A stretch of 64,000 nucleotides of DNA from the human T2T-CHM13v2.0 reference genome, Homo sapiens. Below the pieces are notes generated by a model. That model had not been told where the DNA came from. It ran no database searches and was given only the letters and a program-made list of their open reading frames with translations. Below, one piece after another: positions 15,634 to 29,500 of this stretch. Location: NCBI RefSeq assembly GCF_009914755.1, contig NC_060926.1. One strand, given 5' to 3'. Positions within the stretch are counted from its first letter, which is position 1; each line of letters opens with the position of its first letter. The translations under genes and the position numbers were made by a program.

Positions 15634-16097
15634 TGTATTAGTCAGAGTTCTCCAGAGGGACAGAACTAATGGAATATATATATATATATATATATATATG
15701 AATATATATGGGAGTTTATTAAATATTAACTCACAGAATCGCAAGGTCCTAAAATAGGCCGTCTGTAGGCTGAGGAGCAAGGAGAGCCCGTCTGATTTCA
15801 AAAAACTGAAGAACTTGGAGTCCTATGTTTGAGGGCAGGAAGCATCCAGCACGGGAGAAAGATGTAGGCTGGGAGGCTAGGCCAGTCTCTTTTTTCACAT
15901 TTTTCTGCCTGTTTATATTCTAGTCTAGTCCTGCTGGCAGCTGATTAAATTGTGCCCACCCAGATTAAGGGTGGGACTGACTTTGCCAGCCCACTGACTC
16001 AAACGTTAATCTCCTTTGGCAAGACCCTCATAGACACACCCAGGATCAACACTTTGTATCTTTCAACCCAATTAAGTTGACAGTATTAACCATCACA
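15634..16097 (-). mobile_element. MLT2A1/A2 (HERV-L) solo LTR with internal (TA)n
   Basis: Reverse complement starts TGTGATGGTTAATACTG and ends ...CTGACTAATACA. Contains GCAGGAAGCATCCAGCACGGGAGAAAGATG. Degenerate 5-bp TSD CCCAG/TCCAA. Appears inserted into a MIR. Confidence 0.93.
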
Positions 16098-16659
16098 TCC
16101 AATAAATGGAAATTGTTCTGATTATTTCTACCTATACTAAAACTCATGGAAAAGAAAGGCTAACATCCCTCATATATGTATTCCTATGTTTAATTAGGCA
16201 AATTAAGGTTAATTGATGTTTGTGGACAATACTGGTTTGTGCAATTTCACTTATATTTTCCTACTTCATATTTACATCAGTGTCATAAGATTGCTATTAT
16301 TTTATTGACATTTTCAAAACCAGGAAATTAAATTCTGATTGAGCTGTATACCTCTTTTCCAGAGTTGCAGAGTAGGTTATGCGTTTAAGATTCAAATATG
16401 AAGACCAGTCATTTTTTTTCAATATAACATCATCTCACGATTATTCTTTAATTCATTATTATCCACTGCTGTCTCATAAGCATAACATAGTATAAGAGAA
16501 AAGATGTTTACCAATGTAGTAAGACATTTTACATCCTCAGACCTGTGCCACTAACTCAGAGTGGTTATTTGGTTTCAGAACACTTGGAGTGTATAGCCTT
16601 GTTGAATTTGCCTTCTATCCCAGTCCCAAAATGTCTTACCCTCCTTAGTAATTATACTG

Positions 16660-17220
16660 TACACCAAGCAAAAATATAGCAATCATCCTAGATTCCATTC
16701 TCTCTCTCATTCAAATACTCAAGAAAATCCACCCAACTGTTAAGTCCATATTCTGAAATAATCGTGAATTCTATAACTTGTCACTGTGCTATTACTTCTC
16801 ATTTGATGTTTCAATTGTCTCTGTACCTATTTGCCTATCCCAGGCTCAACTGCCTCAAATACACCATGTATACTGCTACCAGAGAGATGATCCCAAACTG
16901 TAATAATATCATGGACATCTCTTCTTGAAATTTTCAATGCCTCTGCACAGTCTAAATCATAAAACCTAAAGACTTATGTGGGGTGCATGAATCCTCCTAT
17001 AATGTGGCTTCCACCCAAGTAGTCGTCTTGTCTCTTTCTAGTCAATATGTGATTTCCACCCTGTTGTCACACATCTCAGTGTTTTCACAACCCAGAATGC
17101 CTTTCTCTCACTAATATTTCTGATCAACTCTTCCTCAGACATTAGTTGGAAAGTCAGCTAGATGAAACATTTCTCTCTATTTCCAATTCCAATCTAGTTC
17201 CTCATTTAGGAACTCTTGAG
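16660..17220 (+). mobile_element. L2 LINE fragment
   Basis: ATCATCCTAGATTCCATTCTCTCTCTCA...CTACCAGAGAGATGATC...CCCAGAATGCCTTTCTC are typical L2 motifs. Confidence 0.55.
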
Positions 17221-17733
17221 ATTATATAAAAGTATGTTACAGATAAATGAAGAAAACTACTTGGAACCTGAAGTTTATGTGTCATGCCAGATGTCTCCCA
17301 CCCAAAACATGTACTTGAAGTCTTCTGAAATTGATAGATTAGGTATACAAAGAGGTCGCCCATTAATTAACATGGCAAATATAAATTTTATTTAGTTTTT
17401 TGTTTGTTTGTTCTTAGCTTTGCCTGATATAAAATAATTTAGCTATTAAAACAAATATAAATATAACATTGAAAAATCCAAATGTTTATGAAATTTTAAC
17501 ACACAATTGAAGTAGTAAACACAAGTGATGCCAGTGACTGGCTGTGACCAAGAAGCTACGGGGTATGGTTTTATTATCTTCACAAATAACTCAATAGAGA
17601 AACTTTAGAATTGTTATTCTAGATCATTAAGTCCCAGAAATTTCAATATTTGCTATTTAAACTTAGCTAATAATTGTGTCTCTATTTGGAATATAAGTGA
17701 TCAAAAATCCCTGATTATAAAATCTATATTTTA

Positions 17734-18033
<300 letters not shown>

Positions 18034-18621
18034 AAACCCTATATTTTAAGAATAAACATATATATTTAAAACCCCAATTTTGTTGTTGTTACTGGGAATA
18101 TGAGAAACCTAATTTAACTTAAGCCATGTGTCAATTATTTGGAATATTTAGGCTTCTCCCCACAAAATTCAACTTTCATGCCGTAAAGGAAATTGAATGC
18201 ACATTCTTTTATTTTTATGTCAAACCAATTTGTCATATTTTCTTAATTCAAGTTAATAAACATTAGTGACAAGGCCCAAATAAGGCTCTAGAAGTGGCAT
18301 ATGATAAATATTTTAGTGACTCTGCTCATGAGTAACGTGTAATGCATCTTTGTCTTAGTACCTGAGAACAATTGTTAAGAAACATTTGGTGATTTAAAAA
18401 TAAAAAGAAAACATTTCTAAAAACGTTCCAAAATCGTGGGTATAGATGTTTAATGGGCTTTTCACAGAAAGATTCATAATATACCTGTCTGTTTAATGGG
18501 AAAACCACTTTCGAATTTGATCCGAATTAGAACTGTTCTTTCCCACTAAAGGAATTAAGTTCCTTCCCTTATCATAGCACAGCAGAAAACTCACTACACA
18601 GAAATAGACAGGCTGTTTGGA

Positions 18622-18645
18622 GGGGGTGGGTGGGATGGGGGCGGG
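18622..18645 (+). promoter_or_regulatory. Canonical G-quadruplex motif with Sp/KLF GC and GT boxes
   Basis: GGGGGTGGGTGGGATGGGGGCGGG: five G-tracts with 1-2 nt loops in otherwise AT-rich unique DNA. Function is inferred. Confidence 0.45.
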
Positions 18646-20639
18646 TGAGAGAGAAACCTGCAGTGCTCGGAAGAAACTGTCAGATTATGAAGTGCTGCCG
18701 GCAAATAACCTCTTATAACAAAACAGTGTTGGTAAAACTTGAGAACATTCTTACGTACAAACTGACATTTAGGGACAGGAAACACACAAACAACAATGGA
18801 GTTGATTTTTTAGGGCGGAAATCAGTAGGGTCACAATAGGGTCAGTAGAATATGGAGGAAAAGAAATCCGGGCCAGAAAATAATCAAGGATGTTCTTATG
18901 GTCATATTGAACAGAAGATCTCACAGCTCGTCTAGTGACTTTAGAGTTCGTGTAGAGTCTAATGGTTCAATGTGTTTGTATGTGTAAACATGGATGGATA
19001 AATATAAATCTTTATATCATCCCCATTATATGGTCTGAATTTATTTCCATCTAGCTAATCTCTTTAATCTATTCCTGAAATCCTGAACAAGTAGATTAAA
19101 CCTGATTATTTGGATTAGATCAAGAATCTTATTTTGAAAGTCAGAGAAATCACGTAACTGAAACCTCTTAGAGAATGCTGTGTTGAGAATTTTTTTTTTC
19201 TATTTAAATGTGCTACACCTTCTATTTTACCTAAACGAGTACCTTATCTTATGGTCTATTCCATATAATTCACCTCAAAGAAATCTCTAGACCTTAAAAT
19301 GTCTATTCTTGGTGGCTTTATCCATTTATTCTTAGTTAATTTGTCTCACATGAATTTGTTTTAGTTCTGATTTTTTTTTCCTTTGTGTTTGAATAGCTAA
19401 CACCTTCTTACCACACAGGATAAGTTGGACAAGACATATGTGATTCATTGATGAAATGGAAAAGATCTTGTCATATGAGGCTTTAACTGAGCATCTTAAG
19501 TTTGTATTCAGGCCGTTTAGCAGCCGTCCTTTTCTGCTTGAGGCAATATATAGTTTATTTCTCTTTCCTTCTTGGTGGTCAGTACTTCTTAGAAGAGCTT
19601 CCTGAAGAATGATGGCTATTAGTATAAATTTTAAGTCAGAAAAAAGATGCACATGGAAAATGCCCATGCTGTGCCAGCATGCTCTGGCAGATTTCTGTGA
19701 TTTAGCATCCCTCTCTGGCAGTGTGAATTATAATTAAATCATAGACATATGGAAGGCGAGTAACTGAATGCCATTTGAGCTGTCTACATAGGGAGGAGGA
19801 GGTATGAAAAGTATGATATGGAAATGGTTTCTAAAATCATTTCTGGTTTCAGAAGGCAGATTGATAAAATACTGCTGTAGGTGGATGCTGTAAATCACTG
19901 GTCCGAAGGAATACTATCATGCAAGAACAGACTCTTTCTAAGAGATCATCATCTTGCCATCTCTCCACAGGTGGTCATCCTGAAAACAACTTGACCTGCG
20001 TAGCCTCAATTATCTGATGAGTTTATTGAACTTAAAAGACCAAGGGATCCTTTTTGATCAGGGTCTTACCACGAAATAGAAAACCATACATCATATAAAA
20101 GAATCCTAGATTTTGAGCTGAATGCGATCCTGAGAACTTGGAGCTACTTCTCTTAGTGAGGTGATGATGGCATTCCACATAAATTGTTACCTTTGAAAGA
20201 AGGAATATTGGGTAGTTAAAGGAATGATAGTGGCAGATAATGTGATCTGCTATACAAAGCCTCTCATATATATTCTTATCCCTTGGTCTGTCCTACCAGA
20301 AAGGCTAAAGTCATCAATTATTAATTTCCCAACCTCTCTTGTCACCATTTCTGATTAATGTGTTGAAAATGAAATTACTGAGAAAGGATTTTTTCTTGAG
20401 TTCATGAGAGAACCTCAGGGTTCCTTTGACCAATTCCCCCCTGTCTTTGAGCTGCCTGGATGGAAGGTGTAAGTACTGAAGTGGAGAACCCAAACTCAAC
20501 CATGAGATGTGAAGGCAAAATACATATACTCAAGATGGCTGAATGGAAAACAAAAAAGACTGGATCATTAATGTCATTATTGTGTTGCTACTACCCATGT
20601 CTACCACTTAATGTTATGTTAAACAAATAAATCCCTAAA

Positions 20640-21100
20640 TTGCTTCCCATGCCCTTGGTATAAAATTCAAACCTCTAATATTGCTTTGAGGTCTATCCCT
20701 GGTCTAGAAACACCATCTGGGCCTTTATCCACTAAACATGCTCCGGTCACCTCTCAGGTTGGTGTCTTTCCCTGCATTAAGTTCGTCATAAACTGTTGCA
20801 CCTAAAATCTTCACATGTGATTGCCTTGGCTAGACCACTGTTTGCCTACTTTTTGACTGGTGACTACACCTAAAATTTTTATGTGTCATCTGAAGTTCTA
20901 CTTGCTCAAATAATTCTTGCAAGGGCCCTATTTTAAAGAGATAAAATTTTAATTATGCATTTATTTGTTTGATGGTTTATTTAATGTCAGTATACCCTAT
21001 TAGGCTGTAAGTTCCTATTTTACATTCCCCTAACTCCAGCAATTTCCATGGCACCTGGCATATACTAGTAAAACTTAATAAATATTTGCAGAATGAGTAA
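20640..21100 (+). mobile_element. L2 3' end
   Basis: TAGGCTGTAAGTTCC...GCACCTGGCATATA...TAATAAATATTTGCAGAATGAG matches the L2 tail. Confidence 0.65.
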
Positions 21101-22569
21101 GCAAATGTAACAAATCAAAAATAAATTTTCTTTAGATATATGATTTTGTGATGTCATGATACTAAGATACAATTTCAGCGGGAAAAAAAAAGATCAGGTA
21201 AGAAGTTCCTAACCACCAAATATACTAATGTTTCTATTTTTGACTCAAATTTTCGTCTCCTCTAAGTGAAGTCTGTCTCTCTCCTCTATCAATGGCCCAT
21301 AACTCTACTTATTAATTGGATCCCATACCTTCTCATATTCTCAAGGTTCTTACTCTTTCTCTTGTTAGAATAAAAATAGCACACTTGACTGGCATAATCA
21401 AGGAAGAAAGAAATAATTAATTCTAATATGACTTTAAAAAGGAATGTGAATTTAGTTCTATTTTTACTTGATCACCTCACATGCATGTAGAAAAGCTAGA
21501 GCAGATAATTCTTTCACAAATTAAAAAGCCCCAAACTTTTCCCCATGTAGCTAAATTTATCTAATCACTACAGCATAGTTGGATCTGTTTGTGCATATGT
21601 GTTTATGATTTTCATGTGGCAAATATTATTTTTGTCCTCAGATTTATTTTTTTATACCAGTCATAAAGATCATGCTAAATTAAATTAATTTTCAAATCCA
21701 AGAAAAAGATTAATCTGATAGTTTATAATTGGTTTGATAATACCACAAATTAAATTGGTTGTCTCTTAACATGCAAATTGGAACATTACAACTGAGTGGG
21801 TTGGAGCGGACAAAAGATTAAAGATGATGATAACATGCCACCTTATCCCATTATTCTCCTCCATTTCTCTCTTTTATTGCCATATTATGACAAAAACAGA
21901 GTAACAGTGTATTATTCTGTAGACCACTGCTGTTACCCTATTGGTCTTTTTATCTTCTTATATGAAAAGCTTTGACTGAGAAATTGAAAGATATCATCTG
22001 GTGAAAATGCCCAGTGTAAATTCTGTAATAGGTCTGGGATTAGTCTTCCATGTCTTTTCAATATTCAGAATGTTACCAAATACTCAAGTTATTTCTGTTG
22101 AAATTTTAATTACCGATGAGCTTATACAGAAATAGATAATTAATTCTGTAATCACTTGAATATAATTTTTCCACATTACTAGGTTGAAAACAGTGTTGTT
22201 TTACTCATTTCTTAATCGTTGTCATCATTATCAAAAATAATCTTGAGCACTTATTTTGTACTTTACTCTGTATAGTGTGTTATATTATGCTTCTCAATTA
22301 ATCTTTATTATAATCATATGATTTAGATTTTATAGGCCCTAAAAGCAGCATAGTACAAAGAGACTAAAAAAAAAATCAATAACTTGTCCAGCCTTACAGA
22401 GCTAATTAATGGTGCACTGGAGCTTGTAAATGGAATTGGCTCTGATCTCAAAACTGGATATCTAAAGTGTAGCTTCCCATGCTAATTTACTATTCTGTAT
22501 CTCCTACTTTTGAACAAAACACATGTGTCATGTAATTTTTGAGAAATAAATGGCTGGAGTTTGTCTTTT

Positions 22570-22829
22570 CATTTTTTTTAACTGACAAATAATTGTACCT
22601 ATCCTTGGGGTACATAGTGATGTTTCAATACACATATGTATAGTGATCAGATCAGAGTAATTACTATATTCATCATCTCAAATATTTATCATTCTTTATG
22701 TTGGGAAGGTTCAATATCCTCCTTCTTGCCATGTGAAATGATATAACATAATATTGTTAATTATGGTCATCCTACAGTTGTATAGATCATAAGAACTATT
22801 AATATTTCTCCTGTCTAGCTGTAACTGTA
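22570..22829 (-). mobile_element. Short L1MA (MA5/6-like) 3'-end insertion
   Basis: Antisense L1MA 3'UTR (AATAATTGTACCTAT...GGGGTACATAGTGATGTTTCAATAC). Degenerate TSD TGGAGTTTGTCTTTT (22555-69) / TGGAATCTGGCTTTT (22830-44). Confidence 0.85.
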
Positions 22830-23441
22830 TGGAATCTGGCTTTTTTTTTTACAGAAAAGGTTATAAAATTATACATCAGGAATGTCTACTATAGCCAAAA
22901 AAAGTTTACTCTGTCAAATAAGTACATTCCTTCAGAAATTATTTTAAGCTTTTGATATGATTGAAATTTCATTCAGAAATGGCATTCGTATAGAATGGTT
23001 CAATAACATGTCATTTAGAAACAGAATTTATGGCTCAATAATTCAGGTGAAACCATTTTATATCCTTCTTGGAATCAAGTGAGCTCCAAATAAATCTTTA
23101 CTTGATATGTAGCCCAGAGAATTTCATCAACGATAGGGTTAAGTAAAAATGATATAAAAAGAAAACTGTAAAACCTCTAAGCTTCCCAGACTAACATGAA
23201 GGACTTTGCCAATTTTAAGACCACATAAGCCTATAAAAATATTATCACAATTATTATTTATACATGTAAGTTTGATATTTTTCATTATATTTTATTTTAA
23301 AATTATGAATGAGTTGAGCTTGGGCATATTATACTATATCTTAAATAACATTTTGTGATTTCATAAATTTATAGAATCTACTTACTGAAATGTAGACATC
23401 AGTAATCTATAAGAACTACCAACCATTAATGATTCTACTCA

Positions 23442-23810
<369 letters not shown>

Positions 23811-24543
23811 TTAAGAATCATTTATCTTCCAACAGTATTGCTTGCTTGGAATCTGGAAACAAGGACACCCCTTACTCTGCTTTACTAGCTCCGTGATTAG
23901 AGTTATAGCTGCATAGGAAATAGGTCTTGCTCATTTAAGCTGATTTTTAACAGCTTAATTTAAGTATATTTTACGTACCATAAATAATTTCTTTTATGTC
24001 TACAATTGAATGATATCTAGTAAATTTCCAGAGTACCATAGCTTTGAATTTAGATCAAGCTGATTCCTCTGACCTTTTGTAAACTGGCTCTAGAGGCAGA
24101 AAAATACTCCATCAGTCATTTACTTATTAATTAACAGTACTTTTAGAGGATCTATTTCCTGTTGATACTGAAATGTGTAAAGGCATATTAAGATAATAGT
24201 AATCAATAAAAATAACAGTAGTTAAGAATAAATGGGTCCTTTTAATATCTTAGAAATTCTAAGTGATTTATATGTGTTAATACTTTTACTTCTCACAACA
24301 AGCCATGATAGTTGTAATATTTCTATTTTATGTCTGAACAAACTGGTCACAGAGCATTAGAAAAACGTGTATGTATTCTCAATTAATGAGTAATGTGGCA
24401 AGACAGAGCAAGCTGGCCAAATAGAGCCCACCAGCGATCATCCCCCAGCAAAAATACCAAATTGAACATCTATCCGCACAAAAAACATCTTCATAAGAAC
24501 CAAAAATCAGGTGAGCGATGACAGTACCTGGTTTTAAGACCAT

Positions 24544-25256
24544 GTCAGGAACCAACAGGTGCTGGAGAGGATGTGGAGAAATAGGAACACTTTTACACTG
24601 TTGGTGGGACTGTAAACTAGTTCAACCATTGTGGAAGTCAGTGTGGTGATTCCTCAGGGATCTAGAACTAGAAATACCATTTGACCCAGCCATCCCATTA
24701 CTGGGTATATACCCAAAGGACTAGAAATCATGCTGCTATAAAGACACATGCACACGTATGTTTATTGCGGCACTATTCACAATAGCAAAGACTTGGAACC
24801 AACCCAAATGTCCAACAATGATAGACTGGATTAAGAAAATGTGGCACATATACACCATGGAATACTATGCAGCCATAAAAAATGATGAGTTCATGTCCTT
24901 TATAGGGACATGGATGAAACTGGAAACCATCATTCTCAGTAAACTATCGCAAGAACAAAAAACCAAACACCGCATATTCTCACTCATAGGTGGGAATTGA
25001 ACAATGAGATCACATGGACACAGGAAGGGGAACATCACACTCTGGGGACTGTTGTGGGGTGGGGGGAGTGGGGAGGGATAGCATTGGGAGATATACCTAA
25101 TGCTAGATGACGAGTTAGTGGGTGCAGCACACCAGCATGGCACATGTATACGTATGTAACTAACCTGCACAATGTGCACATGTACCCTAAAACTTAAAGT
25201 ATAATAATAAAAAAATAAATTAAAAAAAAAAGAATCAAAGTGAAAAAAAAAAGAAA
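24544..25256 (+). mobile_element. 5'-truncated L1PA2-like LINE-1 nested in the L1MA 5'UTR
   Basis: 3'UTR GCATTGGGAGATATACCTAATGCTAGATGACGAGTTAGTGGG (GAG, not the Ta ACA). TSD AAGACCATGTCA (24536-47) / AAGATCATGTCA (25257-68). GTCA microhomology at the 5' junction. Confidence 0.96.
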
Positions 25257-25711
25257 AAGATCATGTCAAGGAAAGAGGCACCAAATAAGGTAAGAAAAAT
25301 AGTCTTGATTCACTGACACCCCCTTCCCAATTCCCTGGTAGTGCAGTGTGGCACAGAGAGAGAATCTGTGCACAGTGGGAGGGAGAGCACAGTGATTGCG
25401 GGTCTTTGCATTGGAACTCAGTGCTCCCCTGTCACAGCAGAAAGCAATACAAGGCAGATTTCAGCTGGAACCCATGATGGTAGCTTTTAGACCAGCCCTA
25501 GCCCTAGGGGAATCCTCCATCTATGTGGTCAGAACCTGAATTCATGCTAACCCTACCACCACAGGATAAAGCGCTCTGGGGTTCTAAATTAATTTGAAAG
25601 GTGTTCTAGGACAGAAGAACTGCAATCACTGGGCAAGCCCTGGTGCTGTGCTGGAGTTGGAGCCAGTGGACTTGGGGTACACATGACCTGGTGAGACACC
25701 AGCTGGGGCAC

Positions 25712-26550
25712 CTGAAGGGAAGTAGCCATTCCTGGCAGAATTCACGACTTGCTGACTAAAGAGCCCTTGGGCCTTGAATAAACATCAGTGGTGGCCAGGC
25801 AGCAGTCATCACCCAATATTGTGCTGGCTCCAGGTGTGACCCAGTACATTTCAAATTGTGGTGGCTTTGGGGAGAGACTTTTTCTACTTGAGGAAAGGAG
25901 GATAAAGAGCAAAAGGGACTTTGTCTTGCAACTTGGTTACCAGGCCAGCCAAAATAAAATAAAGCATCAAGCCCACTACTAAAGTCCCTGATTCCAGATC
26001 TTAGATGCTGGAGGGCATTTCTAGATCCACCCTAAGCCAGGAGAGAAACTACTGCCCTGAAGGGAGAGACCCAGGCCTGACCAGACTCACAGCGTGCTAA
26101 CTAAAGAGCTTGTGGGCCTTGAATAAACATGAGCAGTAGCCAGGCTGTGGTCTCTAGTCACCATGTGCCTGGGTTGGTGTTAGCCATGGACAGAGACTTC
26201 TTCTGCTTGAGGAAAGGAGAGGAAAAATAAAGAGGACTTTGTCTTGCAATCTGGTTACTAGCTCAGCCCCAGTAAAATAAAGCACCATGCAGATTCCTAA
26301 AGCTGCCAATCCTAGGCCCCAGTTCCTGGACAGCATTTATAGACTCACCCTGGGCCAGAATGGAAACTGTTGTACTGAAGGGAAAGATCCAGTCCTAGCA
26401 GGATTCATAACCTACTGACTAAAGAATCCTTGGGCTTTGAATAAACATCAGCAGTCACCAGAAAATAGTTTCCACAGGCCTTGGGCAAGACCAAATACTT
26501 TGTTCACTTAGGGTGTGACCCAGCATAGTCACGGCAGTGGTGGCCACAGC
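25712..26550 (+). repeat. ~2.5 diverged tandem monomers (345/318 bp) in the L1MA 5'UTR
   Basis: CTGAAGGGA at 25712, 26057, 26375; TTGAATAAACAT at 25774, 26119, 26437; CTTGAGGAAAGGAG and GGACTTTGTCTTGCAA occur twice. Confidence 0.9.
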
Positions 26551-29500
26551 AGTGCTTGTATCACCTATCCCCCAACTCCAGGGAGCTCAGCAAGGATAGA
26601 GAGAGACTCCGCTTGTCTGGGGAAAAGTATGGGAAAGGAACAAGAGACACTACTGGTAATCCAGCGAAATTTCCCAGATTTTTCCCAAGACTACCAAGGT
26701 GGTACCTCTATGAATCTACAAAAGTCACAACATTACTGAGATTGGGGTGACCCCTAATGCACATATAGCTGCATTGACCAAAGACTTAGATCACAAAATT
26801 CAATTTCCTTCAAATACTTGGAAAGCCTTCTCAAGAGGGGTGGATACAAACAAGCCCAGACTAAGAAGATTAAAGTAAATACTAACTCTTCAATGCCCAG
26901 ACTGATGAATAGCCACAATAATCAAGACCATCCAGGAAAACATGACTTCACCAACAACAAAATAGGGCACCAGTGAGCAATTCCAGAGTGACAGATATAT
27001 GTGGATTTTCAGACAGACAATTAAAAATAGCTCTTTTAATCATGCTCAACAAAATCCAAGACAATACAGAGAAGGAATCCAGAATTCTATCAGATAAATT
27101 TAACAAAAAGATTGAAATAATTAAAAAGAATCAAACTGAAGAATGCATCAGAGTCTCTTAACAGCAGAATTTATCAAGCAGAAAAAAAATAAGTGAGTTT
27201 AACAGCAGACTATTTGAAAATAGACAGAGAAGTCAAAAGAATAAAGAAGAACAGAACACAAAAAAGGATCCAGAAAGTAACCTCAAAAATGTAACTCTAG
27301 AAGATATCGGCCTTAAAGAGGAGTTAGAGAAATCAAGGTAGAAAGTTTATTTGAAGCGCTAATAACGGAGAATTTTCCAACCCCACAGAATGATATCAGT
27401 ATTCAAGTATAAGAAAGGTATAGAACACCAAGAAGATTTAACACAAACAAAACTACCTCAAGACCTATAATAATCAAACTCCCAATGGCCAAGGATAAAA
27501 AAATGGATACTAAAAGCAGCAAGATAAAAGAACCAAATAACATATAAAGGAGCTCCAAAATGTCTGGCAGCAAAGTTCCAGTGGAAATATTACAGGCAGG
27601 AGAGGGTGGCATGATATATTTAAGTGCTGAAGGAAAAAACTTTTATCTTAGAATAATATATCTAGTGAAATTATCCTTCAAACACTAAGGAGAAATGACT
27701 TTTCCAGACCCTAGTCCACCCTCACCCCCCAAAAGCTAAGAGATTTCGTCAATACCAGACCTGTCCTACAAAAAAATGCTAAAGGGAGTTCTTCATTCTG
27801 AAAGAAAAGGATGTTAATGAGCAATAAGAAATCATCAGAAAATATAAAATTCATTGGTAACAATAAGTACACAGAAAAATAAACAAAATTCTAATACTGT
27901 CATAGCTGTATGTAAACTACTAATATATAGTATATGTATTATATATATATACTAATAACTTCTTCAGTAGGAAGACTGAAAGATGAACTTATCAAAATAA
28001 TAGCTACAACAATGTTTTATGACATAGGCAGTATAATAGGAAGTATATAGAAACAACAAAATAGCAAAAAGTGAAGAGAACGAAGTTAAAGTGTAGAGTT
28101 TGTAATAGCTTTTTCTTTGCTTTTTAGATTGTTTTTGCAATAAGAATTAAGTTGTAATGGATTTTTATAAGATGTTATTTCAAAGCCCCATGGTAATCTT
28201 AGCAAAAGTACAAAAGATACATAAGAAGTAACAATCAAGTAATTAATATCTACCACCATAGAAAATCATCTTCTCTAAAAGAAAGACAGGAAGGAAGGCA
28301 GGAAGAGAAGACCATGAAACAACTAGAAAACAATAACAAAATGGCAGGAGTAGGTTATTACTTAGCAATAATGATATTGAATGTAAATGGACTAAACTTT
28401 CCAATCAAAAGCCATAGAGTGGCTGAATAGATTTTAAAAAACAAAACCCAATGATCTGTTTCCTATAATAAACACAATTCACTTATAAAGATACACACAC
28501 TGAAAATAAAGGCTTGGAAAAAGATATTCCACACAAATGGAAGCCAAAAAGGAGATGGAGGAGCTATACTTGTTCCAGGAAAAAATAGATTTCAACATAA
28601 AAACTAGAAAAAGAGACAAATAAAGTCATTATATGATGATAAAGCTATCAATTCAGCAAGAGAATGTAACAATGTTATAGAACATGTCATCCAACAGCTT
28701 TCCCCTTAGAACAGGAATTATTCTCAAAGATAGGTCATATGTCAGGCCATAGAATAAGTCCTAAAAATTTCAAAAAAGTGGAAATTATATCATGTATCTT
28801 CTCTGACCACAATGAAAGAAAACTAGAAATCTATCACAAGATGAATTTTGGACACCATACAAATACATGGAAATTTAAAAATATGCTCCAAAATGACCAG
28901 TTGGTCAATGAAAAAATTAAGAGGAAAATTTAAAAATTTAGGGAAACAAATGAAAAGGGATGCACAGCATACCAAAACTTACAGAATACAGCAAAAATAG
29001 TAATAAGAGAAATGTCTACAGCAGTAGTGCCCATAGCAAAAAAGTACAAAAAGTTCAAATAAACCACCTAATGATATATCTTAAAGAGCTAGAAAAGTGC
29101 AAACTAAACACAATATTAGTAGGAAAAAAGAAACAATAATGATCAAAATTGAAATAAAAATACAAAATATTAACTAAATTAAAAGTTTTTTTGGAAAGAT
29201 AAACAAAATTGACAAACCTTTAGCCAGGCTAACTAAGGAATAAAATAGAGGAAACCCAAATAAATAAAATCAAAAATGGTAAAGGGGAGATTACAATTGA
29301 TTTCACAGAAATTCAAAGGATCATTAGAGTCTACTATGAGCAACTATATGCCAATAAATTGGAAAACCTACAAAAAATGGATAAATTTGTAGACATATAC
29401 AACCTGCCAAGATTAAACCATTAAGGAATCCAAAACTTGAATAGACTAATAACAACTAATGAGAGCAAAGCTGTAATAAAAAGTCTCCCAGCAAAGAAAA

